Source: a virus. Taken from it: a DNA stretch of 64,000 nucleotides. The stretch spans positions 6,565 through 70,564 of the IMG/VR virus record IMGVR_UViG_3300046557_000205. One strand, 5' to 3'. Positions 19,742-30,160 of the stretch are shown piece by piece; positions within the stretch are counted from its first letter, which is position 1, and each line of letters opens with the position of its first letter. Below the pieces are notes generated by a model. It made no database searches. It saw nothing but the letters and a program-made list of their open reading frames with translations, and was not told where the DNA came from. The translations under genes and the position numbers were made by a program.

Positions 19742-21411
19742 TGGCATATTCACAAGATCAGTTTGACTGGCAGGGTTATCTTGCCGCCCATCCTAGTTCT
19801 AATCTACAGCAGGGTACCAATTCTACTAAAGATGCAGAAGGAGCTAGAGCATATCAGGATTATGTAGCCGGTGGTTCTACTTGGTTGAACTCTACTGACC
19901 AGTCTGCATTGAATGCACAGACAACCAATACTCCTGCTAGTGGTGTGGATAAAGTCACTCCTACGACTCCTACAGCAGTAGGACAACAGAATATTCAAGA
20001 TTATAGTGGTTCACTTGCAGCTAATCCAGGACAGGCTTCTAACCCAGGTGATGGTACTTCTCTTGTAGATGCTACAAAGAACCAGACTGGTACTGCCGCT
20101 CAGATTAACCCCACTGACCCTAATCTTTCTGTTCAAGGTAGTGTAGGTTCTACTGCTAGTACTGCTGCTGCTCCTGTAAAGACTGATGCTCATACAGCTG
20201 ATACAACTGCCACCACTGGTGCTGTACAATCTGGAGCAATGACTGGGGCACAGGGTTCTGTCTCTCAAAATTCTCAAGTTACAGCTGCTCAGGAAAATGT
20301 AGGTGCTATTGCTAATGGGACGGATGCCAACGGTGTCGGTAAGGCACTACAGACGTACGCTTCCCAGAATATGTCTAACATCATCGACACTTCGACTAGT
20401 TCTGGTAAACTTCTTGCTGCTCAGCTTGGAGATGGGAACTACGTTGACAGTAAAGCCACTACAGAGGGTCAGCTAGCGCTTCTTCAGCAACAGTTTGTAG
20501 ATCCTACCACTGGACAACCAAAGATCCCTGCATGGGCTGCTAGCACGGCTAGAAACGTATCTCAGATTATGGCCTTCTCTGGTATGACTGGAACGGCTGC
20601 TACTGCTGCTATGTCCCAGGCTCTTATGGAAGCTTCGCTACCAATTGCTACCTCTGATGCTCAGTTCTTTCAGACACTAACTACTAAAAACCTAGATAAC
20701 AAACAACAGTCGGTTATCAATACTGCTAATACTCTTGCTAAGTTCGAACAGAGCAATCTAGACAATCGTCAACAGGCTGCTGTTCAGAATGCTCAGAGCT
20801 TCATGGCAATGGATCTGAAGAACCTTGATAACAACCAGCAGGCTGCTGTCATTAATAACCAAGCATATATTCAGTCTATCATGTCTGATGCTAATGCTAA
20901 GAATGTTGCATCTCAGTTTAATGCTACTGCTCAAAATACTACTGATCAGTTTTATGCTACTCTTGGTGAACAGGTTGCTACTTTTAATGCTGCCCAGTTG
21001 CAGAGTACCTCACAGTACAACGCTACTATGGAAGATAGTCGACAAAAGTATAATGCCACCAATGCTTATAACATTGCAGTATCGAATGCTAACTGGAGAC
21101 AGGCTACACAGCTTCAAGATGATCAGCAGGCATTTCAGGCTGCTACGACTGATGTGAAGACTGCTACTGATATGCAAACACAGGCTCTTAATGAGATTTG
21201 GGATCGCTCTAATAGTCTTCTGGATTATGCATTCCAGAGTTCACAGAATGACAAGAACCGTGCTGCTACTCTAGCCGCTGCTCAACTTGCTGCAAGTCAG
21301 TCCAAGTCTAATGCAAACATGACTGCTCTCGGTTCATTGGCTGGTACGTTCATAGGTTCTAAAGCAGGATCTGAAACTATTTCAGCTGCTATGACACATA
21401 TTTTCGGTTAA
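19741..21411 (+). CDS. putative internal virion/ejection protein
   Basis: Gln/Ala/Asn-rich, NLDNxQQ repeats. Confidence 0.65.
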   Translation: MAYSQDQFDWQGYLAAHPSSNLQQGTNSTKDAEGARAYQDYVAGGSTWLNSTDQSALNAQTTNTPASGVDKVTPTTPTAVGQQNIQDYSGSLAANPGQASNPGDGTSLVDATKNQTGTAAQINPTDPNLSVQGSVGSTASTAAAPVKTDAHTADTTATTGAVQSGAMTGAQGSVSQNSQVTAAQENVGAIANGTDANGVGKALQTYASQNMSNIIDTSTSSGKLLAAQLGDGNYVDSKATTEGQLALLQQQFVDPTTGQPKIPAWAASTARNVSQIMAFSGMTGTAATAAMSQALMEASLPIATSDAQFFQTLTTKNLDNKQQSVINTANTLAKFEQSNLDNRQQAAVQNAQSFMAMDLKNLDNNQQAAVINNQAYIQSIMSDANAKNVASQFNATAQNTTDQFYATLGEQVATFNAAQLQSTSQYNATMEDSRQKYNATNAYNIAVSNANWRQATQLQDDQQAFQAATTDVKTATDMQTQALNEIWDRSNSLLDYAFQSSQNDKNRAATLAAAQLAASQSKSNANMTALGSLAGTFIGSKAGSETISAAMTHIFG

Positions 21412-21424
21412 GGAGTAATAACAA

Positions 21425-21625
21425 ATGGCAATGGATATTGGAGACGCTTTCTGTAAAGCAGCCGAACACTTCTACGCTGGAAATGGATTTCCTGAAACTG
21501 CTAAAGTTAGAGGTAAACCTTCTGAGTACAACCATACAATGTTTGATAATACTGAAAAGATTGTACGTAAGAAACTAACTGCTTCTAAAAAGAAAACAAC
21601 AGTAGGAGATGATAATGCCGGGTAA
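21425..21625 (+). CDS. hypothetical protein
   Basis: AAGGAG RBS. Confidence 0.65.
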   Translation: MAMDIGDAFCKAAEHFYAGNGFPETAKVRGKPSEYNHTMFDNTEKIVRKKLTASKKKTTVGDDNAG

Positions 21626-22229
21626 TGTGAATTCAGGTCCTATTCCTGGCGCTGCTATGACTTCTGATACTAAGAGTCAGCCTTGGCGTCAACCTCCTAC
21701 CTATACTGATATGGACAAGGCTCTAGACTATCTGACGAAGAAAATAACTAAGTTTAAAGCTGCTAATGAAATTATGAACATGATTGAAATGGGTATTCCT
21801 GTGGTACAAGCATCACAGGTTATCCTTATGCAAGGTGTTTCTCAAGGCTTTTGGTCTATTGATTTGGCTCTTATGATGTCTGGTCCATTGACACGAATGA
21901 TTGAAATCTTGGCTATCAGTTATGATGTCCAGTATGAACTCGGTCTTAATGATGAACCTGATTTCCATACTGGTGTATTCCTTAAGGGTGACATAGCTCT
22001 TAAAGCACCACACGGATTTCAGATGGTCAAAGATCAGATTGAACAAGTTGCTAAGACAGCTTCTAGTACACCGCAAGATGGTACTGGTGCAGGTTCTGCT
22101 CAGGGTGGAGAAGTTGATCCTAATGCAGGTGCTGCTGGACAAAATGAACAACCTCTACAACAGGGTGGTTTTATGGCTATGACTGCTGGACCAACTGCCG
22201 GAGCCGATAAGGGAGCACCTAAACAATGA
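21609..22229 (+). CDS. conserved virion-module protein
   Basis: PIPG..T...PWRQPP motif; AGGAG RBS. Confidence 0.65.
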   Translation: MIMPGNVNSGPIPGAAMTSDTKSQPWRQPPTYTDMDKALDYLTKKITKFKAANEIMNMIEMGIPVVQASQVILMQGVSQGFWSIDLALMMSGPLTRMIEILAISYDVQYELGLNDEPDFHTGVFLKGDIALKAPHGFQMVKDQIEQVAKTASSTPQDGTGAGSAQGGEVDPNAGAAGQNEQPLQQGGFMAMTAGPTAGADKGAPKQ

Positions 22230-24223
22230 CATTTCTAGAGGGTTTTGCCTCTGCTTACCAGCATGAATCAGATAAGACTTTTGCTGCTGCTCAGAAAGAC
22301 AAAGAATTCAAGATGCAGCAGGATGCTGAGACTGCCCGTCAGGCACACTCAGATGCTATGCAACTACAATCTGAGAAGTTTCAAACAATCATGTCTAACA
22401 ATAACTTTAATCGTGAAGTTAGACAGAAGAAAGCAGATCTTGAAGAGAATTATAATCGTATTGCTCAGGGTGTAATTCAGACTGTTGGTGCTAAAACTCC
22501 CGGACAGATTGCTCAGATTAACCATATGGCTCATTCAGGATTGGGTGCAGACTATATGGTTACTGCATTCCAGAGTGGTAGGATGGTACCTAACCCTGAC
22601 GCTGCTCCAGAAGCTCCTATTACTATCCAAGCTAATGATGTACCTTCTCCTTCTCCCACAACTGCAGCCCCTATGCCAAATGCAGTTACAGCCCCACAAG
22701 CTTCTCCTGGATACAAAGATCCTATGGTATCTGCCCCTAATTATACCCCTAAAGAACAGGGTGATGATGCATCTACTCCGGTGGCTGCGGGTACAGATAT
22801 GAAGGCTGCTACTCCTTCTAGTCTTGGTATTGGTACTGCTAATCCAGTTGCTGCTCCTGACCCTATTCAGGCTCATCAGGATAAATATGTAGCTCAAAAT
22901 GGTGGTGCTGAACCAGCTTATATCTTCAAAAATCCGAAACAGGAAATCCAGAGTCTCCCGACACTTTACAATAACAAAAGGTTGGCGGATGCTTCAGGTA
23001 ATGCCGCTGACATGCGTAATGCTGATGGAGAACTAGAAGCTGCTCAGAATGCAGCCACTTTCTCTGCTAGCCAGAACCCACAGAACCAAGGACAGGCTTA
23101 TGCTCTGACTGATGGTAATGGTAACATGATCCCTCGTGGTGGTCTAGTTTCTGGTATCCTTCGGAATGACCCAGCTAATCCTGGTAAACAGCTTCTTGTT
23201 AATGCTGGTGACTCTAAGGGACAACCTATTGGTGGTGTACCAGTTCACTTGTCATCGGAACAGGTTAAAAATCTGGGTGATATGACTAGAGACTTTGGTG
23301 ATCAATCTGCTAAGTATGCGGCAGGTATTCCTCATGCAGTTAATGCTGTACGTTCAGCTGCTATTATGTCTGATATCCTACATAATGATCCACAGGCAAC
23401 TACCAATGCAGCTCAGTATTTGAATACTTTATCTAGTTTTGGACAGGATATCTCTGCTGCTTATAACACTATCACAAATGTTAGAAAGCAAGCTTTGAAT
23501 AGAAGTCAGAATAAACAGGATCAAGGTACTATTGAGAGAGATGCTAATGACATAGCCAAGGCTACTGCGACGCTCTATAATGCGTCTCTTGGGGCTACTG
23601 GTGTTAAAAAGATTGCTCTTGATGCTGCTCTTTATGATGCATCTAAGACGCAGTTGGCAATCTCAATCTCTGCTGCAAATGGTCTAACTGCCTCTAAGTC
23701 TTCGGACAAGGACTTTGATAATAACATGAAACTCCTTGGTGGTATTAACTCTAATACTGATAACCGAGATGAAGTTATTAATCAAGCTATTGCAGGTATG
23801 TCTCAGAACTATAAGACACAGGCTTACTTGATTGAAAATAATCCACGTCGTCAAGAGTGGGAAGCTGAAACTGGTGTCAAGACTAATCTCCATGCACCTA
23901 ACCTGGATGATGTATTCAACCACTCAGTTGATGATCATCGAACTAGGTTGTATTGGAATTCTGTTAATGCTCCACTAGATGCAGGTCATCAGCAGGCTGT
24001 AGAAGCTGCTAAGGCTCAAGGTGCTGTAACTGCAACTCCACCACCTCCTGGGAATGATCCAAACTCTCAGACTGGTGCTCAAGAAGTTCCAATCACTAAG
24101 AAATTAGACTCGAATGCTTATAAAATTACGGGTGATGAGAAAGCTGATAAAGCTGCTATCGCTAAGCTTAAACCTGGTGAACAGTTTATAGCTCCTGATG
24201 GTCACTATTACTTTAAAAATTGA
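22226..24223 (+). CDS. putative internal virion/ejection protein
   Basis: 665 aa, helical Ala/Gln-rich, position. Confidence 0.6.
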   Translation: MTFLEGFASAYQHESDKTFAAAQKDKEFKMQQDAETARQAHSDAMQLQSEKFQTIMSNNNFNREVRQKKADLEENYNRIAQGVIQTVGAKTPGQIAQINHMAHSGLGADYMVTAFQSGRMVPNPDAAPEAPITIQANDVPSPSPTTAAPMPNAVTAPQASPGYKDPMVSAPNYTPKEQGDDASTPVAAGTDMKAATPSSLGIGTANPVAAPDPIQAHQDKYVAQNGGAEPAYIFKNPKQEIQSLPTLYNNKRLADASGNAADMRNADGELEAAQNAATFSASQNPQNQGQAYALTDGNGNMIPRGGLVSGILRNDPANPGKQLLVNAGDSKGQPIGGVPVHLSSEQVKNLGDMTRDFGDQSAKYAAGIPHAVNAVRSAAIMSDILHNDPQATTNAAQYLNTLSSFGQDISAAYNTITNVRKQALNRSQNKQDQGTIERDANDIAKATATLYNASLGATGVKKIALDAALYDASKTQLAISISAANGLTASKSSDKDFDNNMKLLGGINSNTDNRDEVINQAIAGMSQNYKTQAYLIENNPRRQEWEAETGVKTNLHAPNLDDVFNHSVDDHRTRLYWNSVNAPLDAGHQQAVEAAKAQGAVTATPPPPGNDPNSQTGAQEVPITKKLDSNAYKITGDEKADKAAIAKLKPGEQFIAPDGHYYFKN

Positions 24224-24235
24224 AGGGATTAAATA

Positions 24236-27200
24236 ATGGCAAATTGGTGGGAAGCAGAAGGTACTCCTGTACAGACTGCACCTGTATCTCCTGTAGCTGC
24301 TGCTCCACAGCCAACAGCCACTCCTAATGAATGGTGGAAGACAGAGGGGACTCCGGTTCAAGCTGCTCCCACCACTCCTGGGCCAGCAGGTAATCCTAAT
24401 GGATTTAATCCAAATCCGGACGATAACCTACAAAATGATCTGAACTCTATGAGGGATGATCAGGTTAATGCTCCTGATGCTCCTACTCCAGCAGTAACAC
24501 CCCATGATCCTAACAAACCATACACTGCCAACGAGATGTACACGGCTCCGGGTAAACCGGGTGATCCTAACAATCCTAAGTACCAAGAACTGACTGATTA
24601 TGAGAATAATCTTTCACATCATCTTCCTGTACTTAGGACTTCAAAACAGGATGGTACTCTTGGTGCTGAGTATAGTTTTGGTGGGCAAATGCCACAGAAC
24701 CTTGTTGATCTCACTAATCAGAGGTCAAAGGAAGCTCAGGATATCTACAATAGTACAGGTGATGAACATACCGTTCCGGACTATGTACCTATTGTAGGTG
24801 GACAGACATACCGTACACAGGATGTTCGAGTACCTAATCCTCGTTATAACCCTAATCATCCGGGTGGTCATCCAGACGCTAATGGAGAAGCCCCCACTGT
24901 TGATAGTAGGTATCTAGTCCCACCTCCTGAGAGTGATACAATCCATCGTCTAGGTTATAATATTCTACGTAATATTGCCACTGGTACTGTAGATTTTGCC
25001 ACTCAAGGTAAGCTTCTTACTGAAGGTAAGGCTGGTCAGACATTCCCTAGTATGCCCACAGATGGCACTGGAGAGGATCTTGGTACGACTGTCATGACAC
25101 TAGCCCTTGGCCCTAAAGCCCTCGGTAGTGCCTATACACAGGTCGCTAAGAATCTGCCTATGTTGGGTAGAACAGGTCAAGCTGTAGCCACTATGGCTAA
25201 CTCTTTTACACCTACTGAAATCTCTCGTTTGTCAGAAGGTTATGATTATCTTAAAAAGACAGCAGCTACAGCTCCTACAGCTCTTCAGTCTACATCCCTT
25301 CTGGCTAAGAAGTTGATTGGTGGCCTAGCTCTGATTACTGCTCAGGCAGCTACGGCTCCAGACAATATGCAGGGTCTAATCTCTCCTGAAACTGTACAAA
25401 AGTACACTCCTGTAAAAATCTCTCATGAGACTGCTCAGGATCTGTCTTTTGCTTTGGACTCCCCAATTATTTCTATGGGTCTTGCCACTGTAGGTGGAGC
25501 TATTGCTGGTGCTGGTAAGGCTATCTCTGGTACTTTTGGTGCTCTTGGAGAAATGGTTCCAGTTGCTCAGAAGGCAATGAATGTTGTTACTATTAATGGC
25601 TATCAACGTGGTCTTAAGATTATGACTTCTATTGATCCTGATCTTTTGACACAGGGTCCTAAAGAAGCAGCTGTAAACATTAAGCTTATGTCTGATCTTC
25701 TTGCCAAGAATAACATCTCCTATCATACTCTTGGTACTACATCTGGAGAAAATGTTCTTGATACTGCTACTGCTTTTGGTAAGATTGCACAAGAATACTT
25801 CAGTAAGTCTTACGGGTACAAACAAGCATACATGAGACCAGATGAATTCCAAGGTTGGGTTACTCAAAAAGCTACTGCTGCTACTAATGAACTTATGCAG
25901 ATTAGAACTTCACTCAAGGGTGAGGCTAATCAGGTAGCTGCTACTGGTGCCAATCAACTCGATCAACTTGGAGCTAAAGCTGCTGATGAATTCGGTGGTG
26001 GTAATCTTGAAGCTACTCGTGGTCAGGCTGCTCAGAATGCATTTGAAACTCAAGATGCTCGTGTACAGCAGCATAATAATGATCTTTCTGCTGGTGCTCA
26101 GGAACATGACTCCAATATAAACCGTATTCAGACTAACTTCGATACTGCTATGAAACAGAATGCAGAAGCTAAGGCTGGTATAGGTCGAGAGAGAGATACT
26201 GCACAACTTGAAGCAGATAGAAAAGATCGTGTCTTCCAACTAAATCATGCTGCTGCTACAGAAGAAGCTGCCAAACAAAAGGCTGCATTCGACGATCAGC
26301 ATCAAGTCTTTAAGGATAACACTGAAGCACAACAGGCTGCTAATAATCAAGCTGTAACTCGTGCTGAAGAAGAAGCAGCTAATGCTAAAGAACGTGCATC
26401 TAGGGCTATCTCTAATGATCCTGAAATTCGTAAACAGGCTGATGAAATCCTTTCGGATAATCCTTGGCATTCTGCGACTGAAGGTGAACGTATTCAACGT
26501 ATGGCCGACCCTATGTACAGTGCCTTTTCTACTATGAAGAAGGGTGTCAACGAAGCGTACAACAGACTTGGAGACTCTAGTGCTCAAGCAGCACAGGGTG
26601 ATGGTAATAAAATTCTGCAAACCATTCATGATAGTGGTCTTCAAGACCCAATTCTGGATAAGATTGCAGAGAGTGTAAATAAGAATGACTCTTTTGGTAA
26701 TATCTTTAATAACGTTAAGGGTATGATCAATGCCAAACTTAATACACTGAACTACCAAGCTAACCCTGAGTTGTATGGTGTTCTAAAACAACTTAAGACA
26801 AACGCTACTGAAGATCAGATTACTCATCTCCTATCTAATGGGGATGGTGATGTGGCTAACATGGCTAAGGATGCAAATAGTAAATTCCAGGACTTCTATT
26901 CACACTGGAAAGACTATAATCCTATGAAGGAAATCTCGAAGAGTGCATCTGAACGTCTAGCTAAAGAACATCTTCCTTTTGATCAGGGTGGACGTAACTT
27001 CAATGATACTTTTTCCAAGGTCGTCAAGAGTAATCTAAACAATGATGATCAAGGTACATTCATTAAATCAATGAGTGATGCAGCTAAGGCTGGTGGACAA
27101 AACATTGATCAAGATATGATTCATAGTCTATCTGCCAAGGCCCTTGATAACCTTCTTCAAACTCTGGATAGAGGTTCTGTAGAAAATGTTCAAACTCTAC

Positions 27201-28522
27201 GTACTGCTCTTAACACCAGTATCAATGGTTTGAAGACTATGGCTCCTGATCATCCATTGCTTAAACAATGGGAACAGCTTCGTAATCAGGTTGAAACACT
27301 CGGTGCTCTATCTGATGAGTCTGCTTCTACAGCTACTAAGTTAAAGGCTAACACTGCTGTATCTAATACTCAACTGAGTAACGATATTACTAGCTCAAAG
27401 AGAAATATTGAAGCAAGTAAATCGACAGTGAATTCAAACCTTAAGGACACTACTGATCAGATTGAACAAGATCGTTTTAATAACAAAGAAGGTCTTAAGA
27501 CTACTGTAGCTGATCTGAAAAATAAAAGTGGTCAGATTGATGCCAAGGCTGAAACTGATAAAGCTATTCATGAAGATCAGACTACATGGGCTAACAAAAA
27601 GTTTGATGAGATCAAGCAAAAGGCAGCCGAACTTAAGCAGATGACAGATCATAGTATGCTTGAAAAATTTGTTCACGACAGTAATGTTGGTAAAAGAGCA
27701 ATCAAATCTGGAGAAACTCAGGACACTATCCACGGTATCTTCAGAGGTAAAGAAAGCACATCTAATCTAGAAGATCTGATTAGGGAAGCTGATGATATGA
27801 ATAAGAAGAGTCCTGGAACTGGGGATACAATTAAGCAAGCACTTCAGGGTGAATATATTAATTACGTCTTCAATAAATCCAAGGGTGCTTCTAGTATGGG
27901 TGTTGTCTCTATGTCACCTAATGCTGAGATGTCTACAGTCAATCGTACCAATCGTAATAAAGCTATGAAGCTTTTGGAAGGGAAGGATGAGGAAAACCTC
28001 GATGTCTTGTTCCCTAATAACCCAGAGGTAAAACAACAGCTACACGATATTATCCATGAACGTGCTAATCTTACTATGACTACACCTCAGTCTGGTAATG
28101 TTGATGCACTACTCAGGGTAACTAAGGCTGAAGACCCTCGTCAGGCTATCGGCTCTACGATTACTCTTACATACGGTAACTTGAGTAGAGAAGCTACACG
28201 ACTACGTAGACTTTCGGAACCAACTGCTGCCAAGGCATTGAAAGATGTTCAGGAACGTAAGGCTGGGGAACTTGAGGGTGCTATGGCATATCCTAATCAG
28301 ATGGCTGAGATAGGCCGTAAAACTGCTAAGGGTATTGAGCATAAAGAGAAGCAGAAAGAAGCTATCAAAGATGCTGCTCGTGGTGTTTCTCGTTATAACT
28401 CAAATGCCACTTCTGATTGGTATAATCAACTTAACACCGGTACTGGTAACATCGCTAATGAGATGAAATCAGCACTTGGAATAGGTAATTCAAACGATCA
28501 GAATAATCAGGACGATAAATAA
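24236..28522 (+). CDS. large putative internal virion/ejection protein
   Basis: 1428 aa, last gene of late arm, coiled coils, duplicated WWxxEGTPVQ at N-terminus. Confidence 0.65.
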   Translation: MANWWEAEGTPVQTAPVSPVAAAPQPTATPNEWWKTEGTPVQAAPTTPGPAGNPNGFNPNPDDNLQNDLNSMRDDQVNAPDAPTPAVTPHDPNKPYTANEMYTAPGKPGDPNNPKYQELTDYENNLSHHLPVLRTSKQDGTLGAEYSFGGQMPQNLVDLTNQRSKEAQDIYNSTGDEHTVPDYVPIVGGQTYRTQDVRVPNPRYNPNHPGGHPDANGEAPTVDSRYLVPPPESDTIHRLGYNILRNIATGTVDFATQGKLLTEGKAGQTFPSMPTDGTGEDLGTTVMTLALGPKALGSAYTQVAKNLPMLGRTGQAVATMANSFTPTEISRLSEGYDYLKKTAATAPTALQSTSLLAKKLIGGLALITAQAATAPDNMQGLISPETVQKYTPVKISHETAQDLSFALDSPIISMGLATVGGAIAGAGKAISGTFGALGEMVPVAQKAMNVVTINGYQRGLKIMTSIDPDLLTQGPKEAAVNIKLMSDLLAKNNISYHTLGTTSGENVLDTATAFGKIAQEYFSKSYGYKQAYMRPDEFQGWVTQKATAATNELMQIRTSLKGEANQVAATGANQLDQLGAKAADEFGGGNLEATRGQAAQNAFETQDARVQQHNNDLSAGAQEHDSNINRIQTNFDTAMKQNAEAKAGIGRERDTAQLEADRKDRVFQLNHAAATEEAAKQKAAFDDQHQVFKDNTEAQQAANNQAVTRAEEEAANAKERASRAISNDPEIRKQADEILSDNPWHSATEGERIQRMADPMYSAFSTMKKGVNEAYNRLGDSSAQAAQGDGNKILQTIHDSGLQDPILDKIAESVNKNDSFGNIFNNVKGMINAKLNTLNYQANPELYGVLKQLKTNATEDQITHLLSNGDGDVANMAKDANSKFQDFYSHWKDYNPMKEISKSASERLAKEHLPFDQGGRNFNDTFSKVVKSNLNNDDQGTFIKSMSDAAKAGGQNIDQDMIHSLSAKALDNLLQTLDRGSVENVQTLRTALNTSINGLKTMAPDHPLLKQWEQLRNQVETLGALSDESASTATKLKANTAVSNTQLSNDITSSKRNIEASKSTVNSNLKDTTDQIEQDRFNNKEGLKTTVADLKNKSGQIDAKAETDKAIHEDQTTWANKKFDEIKQKAAELKQMTDHSMLEKFVHDSNVGKRAIKSGETQDTIHGIFRGKESTSNLEDLIREADDMNKKSPGTGDTIKQALQGEYINYVFNKSKGASSMGVVSMSPNAEMSTVNRTNRNKAMKLLEGKDEENLDVLFPNNPEVKQQLHDIIHERANLTMTTPQSGNVDALLRVTKAEDPRQAIGSTITLTYGNLSREATRLRRLSEPTAAKALKDVQERKAGELEGAMAYPNQMAEIGRKTAKGIEHKEKQKEAIKDAARGVSRYNSNATSDWYNQLNTGTGNIANEMKSALGIGNSNDQNNQDDK

Positions 28523-28576
28523 AAAAAAAAAGGCCCCATCGGGATTTCCTTTCGGATTTCTCAATGGGGCCTTTTT
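28521..28576. terminator. bidirectional intrinsic terminator between the two arms
   Basis: A-run, GGCCCCAT/ATGGGGCC stem, T-run at point of convergence. Confidence 0.92.
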
Positions 28577-28709
28577 GCGTTTTAGAATTTCTTTATGCAA
28601 GCATCTAGATATTCATTTGAGATTATATATGGTCCCCTCAGTGTGGGAGGACGCTTACGAGTGTTGATCACTGCGTCTTTCATAATCTGTATTAGTTGTT
28701 CATGTCTCG

Positions 28710-29021
28710 TCATCCACGAGTCTTTCTCCATTCTTCTACTTGTTCATCTGTAAGAGGACCATTTTCGAAGATACCTTTTGGCTTATCATCAATCCAGATA
28801 TCAGGGACCCATCGATCACCTCGATGTTCACAATACCATTTCTTTGCCACACCATCAGTATAGATGACTAGTGTATTGGTATCAATCTTATCTAGTTCTT
28901 CATGACGATGAGATACAATTCTGATATCAACATCTTTGTAGAACCTTGTCATATCAATGAAGTCATCCCAGAACTGTTTGTTTAGTGTGTAGGTTCCATC
29001 ATAATCAAGTGCTATTTTCAC
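28710..29021 (-). CDS. HAD-superfamily hydrolase-like protein
   Basis: IALDYDGT motif I, WIDD motif IV; GTG start after GAGGAG. Confidence 0.75.
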   Translation of the reverse strand: MKIALDYDGTYTLNKQFWDDFIDMTRFYKDVDIRIVSHRHEELDKIDTNTLVIYTDGVAKKWYCEHRGDRWVPDIWIDDKPKGIFENGPLTDEQVEEWRKTRG

Positions 29022-29223
29022 CGTAGTACTCCTCAATGGCCAACTGGATGTAATGAATGGCCTTCTCTAAATCTTGTCTCTGTCCTTTAGCTTTATGTCT
29101 AGTAAGATACTTGATAGCATTTCCTTCATACCACCCAATACCATTCTTCACTACATACTCACCCGGTTGAATGGGCATATCCTTATAGTGTGATCCACCA
29201 ATCTGAATGTCTTTTACGCTCAT
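29005..29223 (-). CDS. DUF3310 / T7 gp1.7-like nucleotide kinase domain protein
   Basis: QIGGSHYK, GNAIKY, DLEKAIHY. Confidence 0.85.
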   Translation of the reverse strand: MSVKDIQIGGSHYKDMPIQPGEYVVKNGIGWYEGNAIKYLTRHKAKGQRQDLEKAIHYIQLAIEEYYGENST

Positions 29224-29528
29224 TCAAGCTCCATCGTAATCTGTGCATTCTCTGCCATGATACGGACAACCCAATGCATGTTAATAAATCGGATACTGTC
29301 TTCAATAATAACTAGGTAACCAGCATCAAGATCATCCTGAAAGCCAGCATAGAACTCTTCCCTATAGCGATCAGCTTCAAGGTTAGAGAGGAAAGAGCCC
29401 ATATAGGCTATACGCACTTGTGCTGGAAGTTCATCCTCCCCACTGATCTGCGAAGGCGTCTGCAATTCCTTGGAAGGTTTTGTTTCTAGCGTTACGTCTG
29501 GCATCACCTTTGAGGTTGCCTGTTTCAT
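29220..29528 (-). CDS. hypothetical protein (true start probably further downstream)
   Basis: Fills gap; the N-terminal part overlaps the methyltransferase-like gene. Confidence 0.5.
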   Translation of the reverse strand: MKQATSKVMPDVTLETKPSKELQTPSQISGEDELPAQVRIAYMGSFLSNLEADRYREEFYAGFQDDLDAGYLVIIEDSIRFINMHWVVRIMAENAQITMELE

Positions 29529-30015
29529 AATACCACTTACTCCATTTCTTTCCTGATTTGAATGTTACATATTCGACCTCTACAATGTTAGTAGGAACAA
29601 GAAGAGGAAGTCCTTTTAACCAGAGACAAGTAGCTTTACCTGCATCATGACCAAACATCCAAGGTTGGATAATCTGATCTGGTTTTCTCCAGAGTGTTGA
29701 TAGTCTTCCAATAGGATTTTCAATTGCTATCTTAGGACAAGGGTGATCTGCAAATAGTTTAACAAATGCTAGTGCTTCTTTTTGAAGATCTTCTCTATCA
29801 CTGTACCACCTATTACCAGCAACAGTAAGATAGGTACAAGGAGGATGAGCGATAATGAGATCCCAAGATGTATCCAGACAATCACGAATGTCTCCTTGGT
29901 AGTGTGGGCCTTCTGTAAGGGATGGTAAGAGATCACAAGACATAGCCTCATGACCCCTAGCAATAAATGCATCCCGTACTGTACCTGAGAATTCACAGGC
30001 TACTAGTACTTTCAT
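29431..30015 (-). CDS. DNA cytosine methyltransferase-like protein
   Basis: VLVACEFSG SAM-binding start, HPPC catalytic motif, IENP. Confidence 0.75.
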   Translation of the reverse strand: MKVLVACEFSGTVRDAFIARGHEAMSCDLLPSLTEGPHYQGDIRDCLDTSWDLIIAHPPCTYLTVAGNRWYSDREDLQKEALAFVKLFADHPCPKIAIENPIGRLSTLWRKPDQIIQPWMFGHDAGKATCLWLKGLPLLVPTNIVEVEYVTFKSGKKWSKWYYETGNLKGDARRNARNKTFQGIADAFADQWGG

Positions 30016-30160
30016 TTTTTCTTTTCCGATATAGTATATGATGCAAAAATAGATGCATTTGATAGTAGTCGTTTAAGTTCTTTCTCTGCTTCTTTTCGAG
30101 TAGTCCACTTAGAAATACAAGCACACCCTCCAAAATCAAAACCTTCCCAAACTTCATATA

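Noticed and set aside
28521-28531. Poly-A run as a phase-variation or slippage site
   Set aside because: It is the U-tract of the minus-strand side of the bidirectional terminator.
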